A stretch of DNA of 64,000 nucleotides from a virus: IMG/VR virus record IMGVR_UViG_3300022204_000005; one strand, written 5' to 3'. A program made the translations under genes and the position numbers. Positions within the stretch are counted from its first letter, which is position 1. The number at the start of each line of letters is the position of its first letter. Below the pieces are notes generated by a model. It ran no database searches. It saw only the letters and a program-made list of their open reading frames with translations, and was not told where the DNA came from. Below are positions 43,104 through 51,786 of the stretch, piece by piece.

Positions 43104-45251
43104 ATGAGTAACGACACAAACCTTATCCCTATTACCGAACTCCCCAAAGAACTATCTACCGATGCTACCGTAGAGCTTACCTATCGAGAAGACCTCGATT
43201 GGATTGAAGCTAAGCTCAGGTTGGGACTCAGTGTCCTCGTAGAGTGTGATAAACAACTTACGCTACAAGTTTATCGAGCACTCAGAACTCGACTCAAAGG
43301 TAAGACCCCAAGTATCGGCTGTACGCTCTGTAGTGGCCACTCTGCCCTTCAAGCAGAAGGCCCGACCAGTTTGATGCAGGGGATTCTCAACGAGCTTAGA
43401 GAGCAAATCTATGGCGGTCAGAGCGAAAAGGTTGTGGTCATCCCACACCTTGATGTTTTGACGACCACAACCCAAAGTGGTTTGAATCTCGAAGCCCGGG
43501 AATCTATCGCTATGGTTTTCGAGAATCCCAATATTGTACTGTTGGGTTTCAAAGACCCTCAGTTTGAGATTCCCAAAGTATTGGTGAATGTCTTTGCAGT
43601 ACAAAGAAAGATCATGGGTATCCCCCGAGATACCCTGTCCCGAGTTATCCTACAAAAAGAAGCTCGGAAACTTGGGGTTGAGACTTTCAACCCTTTCAAT
43701 CTTTACAAGTATGTTTCTGGTCTGAATGTTATCAGATTCAGACAAATCATGAGCCACTTGCATTCCAAAGTGGATTTTGATACTTGTAACGAAGGGTCGG
43801 CTGAGGCTATCTATAAAGAGATTCGACAAATGACTCTCGTTGCAGATATGGAATTGCCTTCTGTTAACCTCGATACTGAAATCGGTGGTTATAAGAAAGT
43901 AAAGAAACAGCTCAAAGAAGAAGTCCTCGAACTGCTTGCCATGAAGCAAAAGATGACGGATGCTGCTGAGATTAAAAGGATTGAAGAGATTGTGCCTAAA
44001 GGCATGATCTTTCTAGGTCCTCCCGGTACTGGTAAAACATTCTTTGCAAAAGCTATGGCTACTGCATTGAATGCTACTGTCATTATCGTCTCTGGTCCTG
44101 AGCTGAAAAGTAAATGGGTCGGGGAGTCGGAACAAAAGATTCGCCAAGTCTTTGCTAAGGCGAGGCAGAGTGCTCCATCAATTATTGTCTTTGATGAGAT
44201 TGATTCCTTTGCCACAGCCCGAGGTACTTACGCAGGCTCAGGCGTCGAACACTCTATGGTCAATCAGCTTCTAACCGAGATGGACGGTTTCCGAAAGGAT
44301 GAGTTGGTCTTTGTTGTTGGAACTACCAACTTCTCCGAATCTTTGGACCCTGCCCTTTTGAGACCGGGACGGTTTGAGCTTCTGATTGAAATCCCTTATC
44401 CTAACAAAGAGGATAGGGAAGAGATTTGTGAGATCTATCAAAAGAAATTCAAACTTGATATCCCTGAAGAGGTTATGGAGTTTATCGTAGAGAAGACTGG
44501 TGCGTTTGTAGACCAGTCTAAAGGCACTCGCTTTTCGGGTGACCATATCTACGCTATCTTTAGAGGCTTGCTTAGAGAGCAGCTTCGGGAGGGTCGTAAG
44601 GCTGTAAGTAAAGATGCAGTCATGCGTACACTCAAAACCAAACAGAAAGGGAAGATTGTTCTATCCAAAGAAGAAGAGAGGCGTGTTGCTATCCATGAAT
44701 CTGGACATGCAATGTGTGCTTACTTTCTCCCTAATATCTCTAGGATTGAGAAGATCACTATTGCATCCGACCATGAAGATGCACTAGGGTATGTCCTTAG
44801 AGAGGCTGAGGAGAATAAGTATATCACTACCAAAGAGGAGCTTGAGGAGAATATCTGTATGCTCCTTGCCGGTAGGGTTGCAGAACAAATGATTCTTGGC
44901 TCTATCTCCGTAGGTGCTCATGATGACCTTCAAAAGGCGTCTAAGATAGCCCGAGCTATGCTTGAAGAGCTTGGTATGGGTATGACTCTTGGACTCCGGT
45001 CTCTTGGGAATAGGGAAGGGTTTGGCCATACATCTATCCGAGAGAATATTTCTCCGGGGATGGAGGAAGCTCTTGACACTGAGATTCGTCGTCTGCTACA
45101 AAAGCAAGAGGCGAAAGCTACGGAGCTTCTGACCGACAACCGAGAGAAGTTTGAACTTTTGATTCAGACTCTTCTCGAAAAGAAAACCCTTGTCAAAGGA
45201 GAGCTTGAAGAGCTTTTCAAAGATACGGAAGATGATAGTTTGGAGTTGTAA
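43104..45251 (+). CDS. soluble FtsH-like AAA+ ATPase / M41 zinc metalloprotease
   Basis: GPPGTGKT, IIVFDEID, TTN..ESLDPALLRPGRF, HESGH, LAGRVAE, GAHDDL; no TM helices; extra N-terminal domain. Confidence 0.88.
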   Translation: MSNDTNLIPITELPKELSTDATVELTYREDLDWIEAKLRLGLSVLVECDKQLTLQVYRALRTRLKGKTPSIGCTLCSGHSALQAEGPTSLMQGILNELREQIYGGQSEKVVVIPHLDVLTTTTQSGLNLEARESIAMVFENPNIVLLGFKDPQFEIPKVLVNVFAVQRKIMGIPRDTLSRVILQKEARKLGVETFNPFNLYKYVSGLNVIRFRQIMSHLHSKVDFDTCNEGSAEAIYKEIRQMTLVADMELPSVNLDTEIGGYKKVKKQLKEEVLELLAMKQKMTDAAEIKRIEEIVPKGMIFLGPPGTGKTFFAKAMATALNATVIIVSGPELKSKWVGESEQKIRQVFAKARQSAPSIIVFDEIDSFATARGTYAGSGVEHSMVNQLLTEMDGFRKDELVFVVGTTNFSESLDPALLRPGRFELLIEIPYPNKEDREEICEIYQKKFKLDIPEEVMEFIVEKTGAFVDQSKGTRFSGDHIYAIFRGLLREQLREGRKAVSKDAVMRTLKTKQKGKIVLSKEEERRVAIHESGHAMCAYFLPNISRIEKITIASDHEDALGYVLREAEENKYITTKEELEENICMLLAGRVAEQMILGSISVGAHDDLQKASKIARAMLEELGMGMTLGLRSLGNREGFGHTSIRENISPGMEEALDTEIRRLLQKQEAKATELLTDNREKFELLIQTLLEKKTLVKGELEELFKDTEDDSLEL

Positions 45252-45254
45252 ACC

Positions 45255-45491
45255 ATGACTGAAAAAGAAACCCACGATTATACTGAAGACGTTGAAGAAA
45301 TCCTCAACGCCCACCCTTCCCAGGTCACTGGTTACCTTGGGGGGCATAGAGCCCTCCTCGGGTTCTTTACGGGACATGCTATGCATGCTCTGGTCCCTAA
45401 GTATGGTCTGAGGGAGTTGAACATGGACCTACTCCAAGAGACCCTCACGCAGGCTCTTGAGAGCAGGCGTGAGGAAGTGGAGATAATCTAA
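45255..45491 (+). CDS. hypothetical protein
   Basis: ORF track; GGAG SD. Confidence 0.65.
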   Translation: MTEKETHDYTEDVEEILNAHPSQVTGYLGGHRALLGFFTGHAMHALVPKYGLRELNMDLLQETLTQALESRREEVEII

Positions 45492-45494
45492 GAC

Positions 45495-45722
45495 ATGGAA
45501 CCCACTGAAGAGGAAGCTAAATGGATTCGTGCTTTTAAGCGTCTGGCAAAAAAATGCCCAGATTCACTTTGGCTTTTCAGTGGGTCCGGCACACTGTATG
45601 TGATGCGTAAGAACGAGTCTGGTCACCACGCCATAGACGGACCAGCATCCTCGCGTGGCGGGGTAGACCAAGACTACATTCTAGACCACGTCGACATAGA
45701 GAATGACGGGGGCGACTGGTGA
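45495..45722 (+). CDS. hypothetical protein
   Basis: ORF track. Confidence 0.65.
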   Translation: MEPTEEEAKWIRAFKRLAKKCPDSLWLFSGSGTLYVMRKNESGHHAIDGPASSRGGVDQDYILDHVDIENDGGDW

Positions 45723-45745
45723 GACCAGCCCTTAAAAGTTTCCTC

Positions 45746-45774
45746 TTGACAATCTGCCGGGGAGGGGTTATTCT
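45746..45774 (+). promoter_or_regulatory. sigma70-type promoter for tRNA-Lys
   Basis: TTGACA-17-TATTCT. Confidence 0.7.
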
Positions 45775-45822
45775 TCTCCTCGGTAAGCGCCCTTAGCTCA
45801 GCTAGGTACGAGCAACGGACTT

Positions 45823-46440
45823 TGAGAATAGGAGCCTTCTGTGTGGAATATCGAGAAGCTTGTCAAGCACAAGGAGTATGTTTGGGCTAAACTAAAGGAA
45901 ACGCATCCTAAAGTTACCAAACTCGGTTATGTCCTTCACCATAGAGTGGTGATGGAAAACTGCCTTGGGCGACTTCTTGATAATGATGAGATTGTCCACC
46001 ATAAAAATGGTGACAAAAGGGATAACAGTATTGAAAATTTGGAAGTCATGACACGTTCAAAACATGCTAGACAGCATGGCTTTGAGCAAGGCGTTCAAAT
46101 GGTTAGACTGCAATGTCCTTTTTGTTCAAAAGTCTTTGAAAAAGTGAAAAGGAATTCCTTTTTACAGAAAGGTTCAATGACTACTTCATGTAGTAGAAGT
46201 TGTTCCGGTAAATTCTCTTCAAAGATGAGACTTCTCGGAAGAACGCCAGAAGTGGAAGCAGCTATATCGGGGAACCTCCTATCGGAATATATTAAATATC
46301 CCGAGGACAATCCCGAGGAAACCGATTGACAACGGGATCCGTAGAGGCCATACGCTGCTCACCTGAAATGGTGAAGAGATGGTCCAGCCAGCAAGCCTCT
46401 TGTTTTTCAAGAGGTGGTTATGGTAACATGATGCTGGAAG
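45823..46440 (+). mobile_element. group I intron (618 nt) carrying an HNH ORF
   Basis: exon ends in U, intron ends in G; P3 AGCAGC/GCTGCT, P4 TCGGGG/TCCCGA, P6 GGA/TCC, P7 GGCCA/TGGTC, P8 TCACC/GGTGA, P9 CCTCTTG/CAAGAGG. Confidence 0.88.
45841..46329 (+). CDS. HNH homing endonuclease (intron-encoded)
   Basis: [14 protein letters not shown]...[21 protein letters not shown]; C-terminal CPFC/CSRSC; GTG start with AGGAG SD; 3' end runs into intron core. Confidence 0.88.
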   Translation: MWNIEKLVKHKEYVWAKLKETHPKVTKLGYVLHHRVVMENCLGRLLDNDEIVHHKNGDKRDNSIENLEVMTRSKHARQHGFEQGVQMVRLQCPFCSKVFEKVKRNSFLQKGSMTTSCSRSCSGKFSSKMRLLGRTPEVEAAISGNLLSEYIKYPEDNPEETD

Positions 46441-46589
46441 TTAATCCGTGGGTCCCCGGTTCGATCCCGGGAGGGCGTACTCCTACTCAAAGCCTTTTAG
46501 GGTAGGGTCTTATAAAAACGAAGGTGAATAGAGTGTTGGGCTTTCACTCTTAGTAACCACCCCCACACAAACACACACGGTTAAAGATA

Positions 46590-46844
46590 ATGCAACGACT
46601 TACTTTTCAAGTACATAATAGACCTAAAGGGTTTACAGATACCTACTCTCCCGTAAAAGGTGGTTGGGTTGCTTGCCCTGCGTTTATCCCCGATAAATGT
46701 ATCCTTCGAAACCCAGAAACCCAAGAGGTTGCACTTATTACCATGAGTGGCCTTAAGATACTCAAAGACATCAATGCTGATTCCAAGGCTTTGCACTTGG
46801 CAGTTATGATAAGAATGAGTGAAGACCCTGAGTTGGGTTTGTAA
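46590..46844 (+). CDS. hypothetical protein
   Basis: ORF track; CA-rich leader. Confidence 0.65.
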   Translation: MQRLTFQVHNRPKGFTDTYSPVKGGWVACPAFIPDKCILRNPETQEVALITMSGLKILKDINADSKALHLAVMIRMSEDPELGL

Positions 46845-46853
46845 AAAAAAGAC

Positions 46854-46882
46854 TTGACACCCTGAGTAGGTTGTCTTAATAT
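46854..46882 (+). promoter_or_regulatory. sigma70-type promoter for tRNA-Val
   Basis: A-tract, then TTGACA-17-TAATAT. Confidence 0.72.
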
Positions 46883-46894
46883 AAAGCATGCTTT

Positions 46895-46969
46895 GGCGGC
46901 ATAACTCAGTTGGCCTAGAGTGTCGGTTTTACAAGCCGAAAGTCCTTGGTTCGAATCCAAGTGCCGCTA
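46895..46969 (+). tRNA. trnV: tRNA-Val(TAC)
   Basis: acceptor GGCGGCA/TGCCGCT; TCGGT-TTTACAA-GCCGA; T-arm CTTGG-TTCGAAT-CCAAG. Confidence 0.92.
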
Positions 46970-47071
46970 CTGAGAGGTCTGTCTCGAATTGGTTATCATA
47001 TACTTTTAAATATAAACGACCCGATTCAAACTCCCTTAACCTCTCAAACCTTTACACCACACAAACACACC

Positions 47072-47797
47072 ATGAAGAGAACAAAGCGTACTCAAAAAAT
47101 ACTGGATAGCTTCAAACACCCTACCTTTTCGGAGAGTTACCTTAAAGGTCCTCTTGGTATTGACTACCGAACCAAAGAAGGGAAAAGGAAATTTCGCAAA
47201 GTCAAAAGACTCGCTGAGAAATGTGGTATCACCATTGAACAATGGTGTAAAAGACACGCTAAAGAGAATTGGCCCTGGCCAAGATATAAACTTCAGGATA
47301 TTGAAGCTAGCATTCATACTGACCAGTATGTATATCTAGCCAATATACGTGAACAAGACCTATGGACGAATATAGAGCCTTTTGATAAAGCTGTTGTGAA
47401 AGTCCTTTACAAAAAGGGTAAGTATAAATTTGGGGTCCGGGTTATGGGTTATAGTAACCTAGGCTTTTTCGGTAGAGAGCTTGAGCCTGCCGATTACCAT
47501 CCAAATGCCTTTAACCCCAAAATACAAATAGGTAAAGACTTTGTTCTAGACTTTAGACAAATTCACTGTGTCTTTGTCGACCAATTTGAAACCCTAGAAG
47601 AACTTAGGGTTCGATATACTACAGAATTGGCTGATCTCTTTGAAAAAGGAAACCCCAAAGGCCAGCACTCTTGGATTCGAGATAACCTTCGATTCTGGGA
47701 AAGTATTCGACTAGGTGTCCCTAGTTGGAAGGTACCTAAAGAGTACCCTCGACCAGACTGCACGATTTTGATTGACAAGCCGACCGAAGAGGAGTAA
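47072..47797 (+). CDS. hypothetical protein
   Basis: ORF 46946..47797, start moved directly after CACAAACACAC. Confidence 0.7.
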   Translation: MKRTKRTQKILDSFKHPTFSESYLKGPLGIDYRTKEGKRKFRKVKRLAEKCGITIEQWCKRHAKENWPWPRYKLQDIEASIHTDQYVYLANIREQDLWTNIEPFDKAVVKVLYKKGKYKFGVRVMGYSNLGFFGRELEPADYHPNAFNPKIQIGKDFVLDFRQIHCVFVDQFETLEELRVRYTTELADLFEKGNPKGQHSWIRDNLRFWESIRLGVPSWKVPKEYPRPDCTILIDKPTEEE

Positions 47798-47853
47798 GCT
47801 TCTCCTCAATGACGGACAAGCCGTCAGTCCACACCACACACACACAGTGCAAC

Positions 47854-48639
47854 ATGACACACACCACACACACACTTCTCCCCGCCCTTGTTGAGAGACT
47901 CAAAGCTTCCAAATCTGAGCGCCCTCAGTCATGGTTGTCTATGGGGAAAACATTCTTTAAAAAGAATGGTATCGACCCCAACCCTGTCGGACCCAATAAT
48001 CGAAAAACGGGTGTTGCAGGGACCTATGCCAAAGTAGGTGAGACCTGCCCCTCTACTTGTCCTTATCTGGATAACGGATGCTATGCTCAACATGGGCAAG
48101 TCAATATGCATCAAAATCGTGCAGTCACTGAGCTTGAGCCCAGCTTGAGTGCTGCGGCATTGGCGATGTATGCGTCCATTAGAGGGAAGAGTATCACCCG
48201 TTTGCATGTAAGCGGAGATTTTGGTAATAACAACACTATTTGGGTTGACTATATCCTTGGCCTTTGTGAGCTTGCCTCTAGCCTTAAAGAGCTTATGGGT
48301 ATTGACTCTAAAGAGGTTGTAGCCTTTACATACACTCATTTCCCTAAAGAGACCTTTGAGCCCTATAGACTCCTTTTGAAAGCTCATGGTATCTCGGTTG
48401 TCTATTCAGACATTATAGAGGTAGGTGGGGCTATCGTAGCCAATAGCTCTGATATCCCCCGACTTCGGGGAGAGTCCGGGCTTTTGATTAAGCAATGCCT
48501 TAATCAGACTGCAGACGTCTTGTGTAAAGATTGCACTTGGTGTTGGACCTTTGAGAGGCGTAAACTTATTGTCGCTTTTGACCCTCATGGGTCTAAAGGT
48601 AAAACCGTACAAAAGACGGTGGCTGAGCTATGGAAGTGA
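47854..48639 (+). CDS. Gp88/DUF7227-like Cys-rich phage protein (possible metal/Fe-S cluster)
   Basis: NRKTG...TCP..CPY..NGCYA, RLHVSGDF, FTYTH, C...C..C..CW motifs; start uncertain (47809 possible). Confidence 0.55.
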   Translation: MTHTTHTLLPALVERLKASKSERPQSWLSMGKTFFKKNGIDPNPVGPNNRKTGVAGTYAKVGETCPSTCPYLDNGCYAQHGQVNMHQNRAVTELEPSLSAAALAMYASIRGKSITRLHVSGDFGNNNTIWVDYILGLCELASSLKELMGIDSKEVVAFTYTHFPKETFEPYRLLLKAHGISVVYSDIIEVGGAIVANSSDIPRLRGESGLLIKQCLNQTADVLCKDCTWCWTFERRKLIVAFDPHGSKGKTVQKTVAELWK

Positions 48640-49145
48640 GGGAGCCAACCTACCTCTTCTCGAAAGAGGTAGATGACTTAATTCAGGAGACCATAGAGTG
48701 TGTTAGACAAAAGCACACTCTAGATAAAAACCTACATATCGTTTGGACTTGGTCTAATAAGATGACTCGTACAGCGGGTTATGCTTGGAAAAACAAACGT
48801 AAGGTTCGTTTCTCTGCAGACCTCTTTAAAAGAGATAAAGTTTCGGGCAGACGTAATACCATTGTTCATGAGATTTGTCATATACTATCTTGGGAAGTTT
48901 ATGGTAATAAAATAAAACCTCATGGTAATGAGTGGAAGTATTTAATGCGGCTTTGCGGGGAGGAGCCGCTTAGGACTCACAATATAAAAGTGAAACCTAA
49001 GCATCCTCGCTACCCAACCTATTGTATGTGCCCTAAACCCCATATGCTGGTTAAGCAAATGATTAACCGTATGAAGAGGGGTACGGCATATACCTGTACA
49101 ACCTGTAAAGAGGTTTTGACTCTTCACAAGGACTTTTACATATGA
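48630..49145 (+). CDS. SprT-like zinc metalloprotease
   Basis: WSNKMTRTAG.A, TIVHEICH, PHGNEWK..M, C-terminal C.C...C..C. Confidence 0.85.
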   Translation: MEVREPTYLFSKEVDDLIQETIECVRQKHTLDKNLHIVWTWSNKMTRTAGYAWKNKRKVRFSADLFKRDKVSGRRNTIVHEICHILSWEVYGNKIKPHGNEWKYLMRLCGEEPLRTHNIKVKPKHPRYPTYCMCPKPHMLVKQMINRMKRGTAYTCTTCKEVLTLHKDFYI

Positions 49146-49399
49146 GAAAAAAGATTCAATTCTTTCAAATAGAAATTCTTTTTGAACCTAAAGAGGTTCG
49201 AGCCCGAGCAGGTAAAAAAGGTACAGGGAAGATACTACGCCCTTGTACCTTTGAAGATAATCTTGGTTTAAATTTCGCAGTACAAAAAACCAAGAAATAT
49301 ATGTCTCTTCAGTACCCAGAAGCTAAAGAGACATATGAGGATGAAAACGGAGTCCTTTGGGTAAGAGGCCCAGAGGATTGGATGAAACTACCAGATTAG
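49142..49399 (+). CDS. hypothetical protein
   Basis: ATGA overlap. Confidence 0.6.
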   Translation: MRKKIQFFQIEILFEPKEVRARAGKKGTGKILRPCTFEDNLGLNFAVQKTKKYMSLQYPEAKETYEDENGVLWVRGPEDWMKLPD

Positions 49400-49408
49400 G
49401 ATATAGAA

Positions 49409-49753
49409 ATGTTTAAAGGCGAAAAAAGAGCGGTGCTGTCTTCGGATGGAGAATCTATTACCTTTGAGGTGGAAGAGCCTCTAGGGTTTGCATATGATTT
49501 GAAAAGCCCTATTGAGTCTAGACTTGAGGAGGGATATATCACTGAGAAGGAAATCGTCAAAACCACTAAGGGAAATTACATTCTCCGTATTGGTCATTAC
49601 CTTGAAGGTGAAGACCGTAAAACAATTGAGAATGTTTATCATGTATGTTTTGATATGGAGGATTTGATAGAGGAACTAGATGATACTTGTCCTCTAGAGA
49701 GAATTCTTCTAGTAAAACTAGATGCACTTGAAAGTAAGAGTCAAGAAGTATAA
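49409..49753 (+). CDS. hypothetical protein
   Basis: ORF track. Confidence 0.65.
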   Translation: MFKGEKRAVLSSDGESITFEVEEPLGFAYDLKSPIESRLEEGYITEKEIVKTTKGNYILRIGHYLEGEDRKTIENVYHVCFDMEDLIEELDDTCPLERILLVKLDALESKSQEV

Positions 49754-49824
49754 CTCTAGTGCATCTTCTTAGTTTCTAATCTTATAACACTCTAAACACC
49801 ACTATACAAACACAGGACACTACC

Positions 49825-51507
49825 ATGACTATTCAAGGCGAATGCACCACAACCCTTCAGCAGTTCCGAACCTTTATCACTCAGAGCCCCATAAGTCTGA
49901 ATGACAAAGAAAAAGAAGTGTTGTTTAGTATCATTGACCTCTCTTTCGAGCCAACGGATACCATCGAGGTCTTTAGACAACGTCGGGATATCTTGACAAA
50001 TATCTTTCGGAAAACCCAACCTACATATTGTCGAGCCAACGACGATTTGTTTTTTGACAGTATGAGTAAAGGGCTTTATACTTTTGTGAAAGAGCATACC
50101 CAATTCCGCTTTCTTGGGGAGATGGAAACCTTTTACTCTACTTTCAGTGAAGATAACTACCCTACCATCTTCGCGGATATCCATTCCTTCGTAAGGTCTA
50201 GCCGATTGGCTTCGGCCCGACTCATCAAGCACTATTCTACAGGGACCTCAGTTCATATTCCCTTCAAGGATTACTGTGACGGGAACTTGATTAGCAAGTA
50301 CCTGAGTGATGGGCTGAGAGAGAAAACGGCTCAAAACTACCAGATTAATGCCGCAAAGGCTATTCTGTTTTTCATGGAGAACTTCAAAGAGTACGAAAAG
50401 CTTCAGAAAGCTTTTGAAGCTTCGGAGCTTGAGGCTAAGGCTAAAGCTAAAGAGGAGACTGAAATGCTTCAGGAAGCTTTTGAGGCATCTGAACCCCAAA
50501 GCTGGGAAGACTTTGTTTATGAGCCCAAGACTCTTGACAGAAGTTCAAGCCCTATGAAGACTGTTGCTGATTTGTATCAGCATACCAAAGAGAACACCAA
50601 AATGAGCGCCTATAAGCAAAAGATTGCGCTCGATGGTTTGGAGACTGCTTGCAACATGGCAGACCCCATCTCTTTGATTGACAAAAAGACTTACATCAAA
50701 ACTCTTAGAGAAAAAGGTAAAAACCTCTCTAAGATAAAAGCCAGAAACTATCTGTTGGCTTTGGAGGAGTCTATCGAATGTTTTACAAAGGACTTCTATA
50801 GAACAGAAGGTCAAGAGTTTACCTTGGGGGACCTTCTTACCTTTATGGATTTCTATACCCACCACATTCCCCACGAGTATCACCCCCGGTCGACGGCGAC
50901 CCGCAAGCAAGACCTCTATACGGTAAGGAAAGCCATTCAATACTTCCGTACCGACAGACCACTGCTTTCCGCGTTCAATCTCTCTCAATCCAAGTTCAAG
51001 CAGCACTTGGATGACGACGGGGAGATGACCAAGTCAACCATTGCAACCTATGTACGGGGGTTTAAAGGGACCTTCCTTACCTTTATGGTCTTCTACAAGT
51101 TTTGGGAGAAACCCCAACTCTTGCAACCCGAGGTCGAGGTCGCTGAGGTTGAGGTCACTGAGGAGGCTGAGGTTGGGGTCACTGAGGAAGCTGAGGTCGC
51201 TGGGGAGGCTCTTATCGAAAGTGTGAAAGCTGCCATTGTTGAGCAACTGCAACAAGTCGCTTTCACTGCCCCTGAGCCCCCTACTACTATAGAGGTGGAG
51301 GAGGTTGTGCTCCCTGAGCCCTCAAAGCTCTCTCAGAAGCTCCAGCTCAAAGGAGACCGTGTCTTTAAGTATGAAGTGCCTGAGACGGGTTTGACCTCCA
51401 ACGAGGCTATGCGTATTGCCCTCCGTATCCTTACGGAGGTCGTCGACTTCGATGAGAAGGACCTCGACCGACTGCAAACCGTCGCAGGTACCGTAAAGAC
51501 CATTTGA
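49825..51507 (+). CDS. large hypothetical protein; integrase core-binding-like helical repeats, no catalytic domain seen
   Basis: LREKTAQNY and MTKSTIATYVRG segments; C-terminal domain shared with 10047..10916. Confidence 0.65.
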   Translation: MTIQGECTTTLQQFRTFITQSPISLNDKEKEVLFSIIDLSFEPTDTIEVFRQRRDILTNIFRKTQPTYCRANDDLFFDSMSKGLYTFVKEHTQFRFLGEMETFYSTFSEDNYPTIFADIHSFVRSSRLASARLIKHYSTGTSVHIPFKDYCDGNLISKYLSDGLREKTAQNYQINAAKAILFFMENFKEYEKLQKAFEASELEAKAKAKEETEMLQEAFEASEPQSWEDFVYEPKTLDRSSSPMKTVADLYQHTKENTKMSAYKQKIALDGLETACNMADPISLIDKKTYIKTLREKGKNLSKIKARNYLLALEESIECFTKDFYRTEGQEFTLGDLLTFMDFYTHHIPHEYHPRSTATRKQDLYTVRKAIQYFRTDRPLLSAFNLSQSKFKQHLDDDGEMTKSTIATYVRGFKGTFLTFMVFYKFWEKPQLLQPEVEVAEVEVTEEAEVGVTEEAEVAGEALIESVKAAIVEQLQQVAFTAPEPPTTIEVEEVVLPEPSKLSQKLQLKGDRVFKYEVPETGLTSNEAMRIALRILTEVVDFDEKDLDRLQTVAGTVKTI

Positions 51508-51515
51508 GTCTTGTA

Positions 51516-51544
51516 CAAAAAATGATCCCAGGGATCGTTTTTTG
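51516..51544 (+). terminator. probable intrinsic terminator
   Basis: CAAAAAATGATCCC-AG-GGATCGTTTTTTG hairpin directly after stop. Confidence 0.55.
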
Positions 51545-51545
51545 T

Positions 51546-51574
51546 TTGACTTCCCTTCTGAGAAGACCTAATCT
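51546..51574 (+). promoter_or_regulatory. sigma70-type promoter
   Basis: TTGACT-17-TAATCT; inverted copy GGAAGTCAA downstream. Confidence 0.6.
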
Positions 51575-51640
51575 CTCTCTTGTCAGGGGGGAAGTCAAAC
51601 ACTCCCACACACAAACACCCCACACACAGGAGGCTTCACT

Positions 51641-51649
51641 ATGAAGTAG
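51641..51649 (+). other. minigene ATG-AAG-TAG behind a perfect SD
   Basis: CA-rich leader, AGGAGG, 7 nt, ATG AAG TAG. Confidence 0.45.
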
Positions 51650-51786
51650 CCAACTTACAAGTTCTTCAAGACCGCTTCACCCCGTTTTAAGTCAAGTTCC
51701 TAAAGTTCTGTCCCTCTCCCTAGGGGGCGCTGTTGCTCCCCGGGGAACACGCAACTACAGTGTCTAACAACAATAAGGTTCCTACC

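Larger units (their letters stand above)
45787..46479 (+). tRNA. trnK: tRNA-Lys(TTT) split by a group I intron (exons 45787-45822 and 46441-46479)
   Basis: spliced: acceptor GCGCCCT/AGGGCGT; ACGGA-CTT|TTAA-TCCGT; T-arm CCCGG-TTCGATC-CCGGG. Confidence 0.88.

Noticed and set aside
45787-46479. Reading the split tRNA as Asn(GTT) using the G at 46440
   Set aside because: A group I intron must end in G, so G46440 is intronic; CTT+TTAA gives a 7-nt loop with TTT (Lys).
37194-47109. ORFs 37194..37418, 38615..38842, 42797..43006, 46643..46960, 46888..47109
   Set aside because: They overlap tRNAs or tRNA-like RNAs and translate typical tRNA shadow peptides (e.g. MDSNQGLSACKTDTL).
50534-50562. Internal promoter TTGACA-17-AAGACT within 49825..51507
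   Set aside because: The -10 box lacks the first conserved T; it could be a relic of a gene fusion but is not supportable as active.
49825-51507. Functional tyrosine integrase
   Set aside because: No catalytic R-H-R-Y pattern and no att-like context; only core-binding-like helices.
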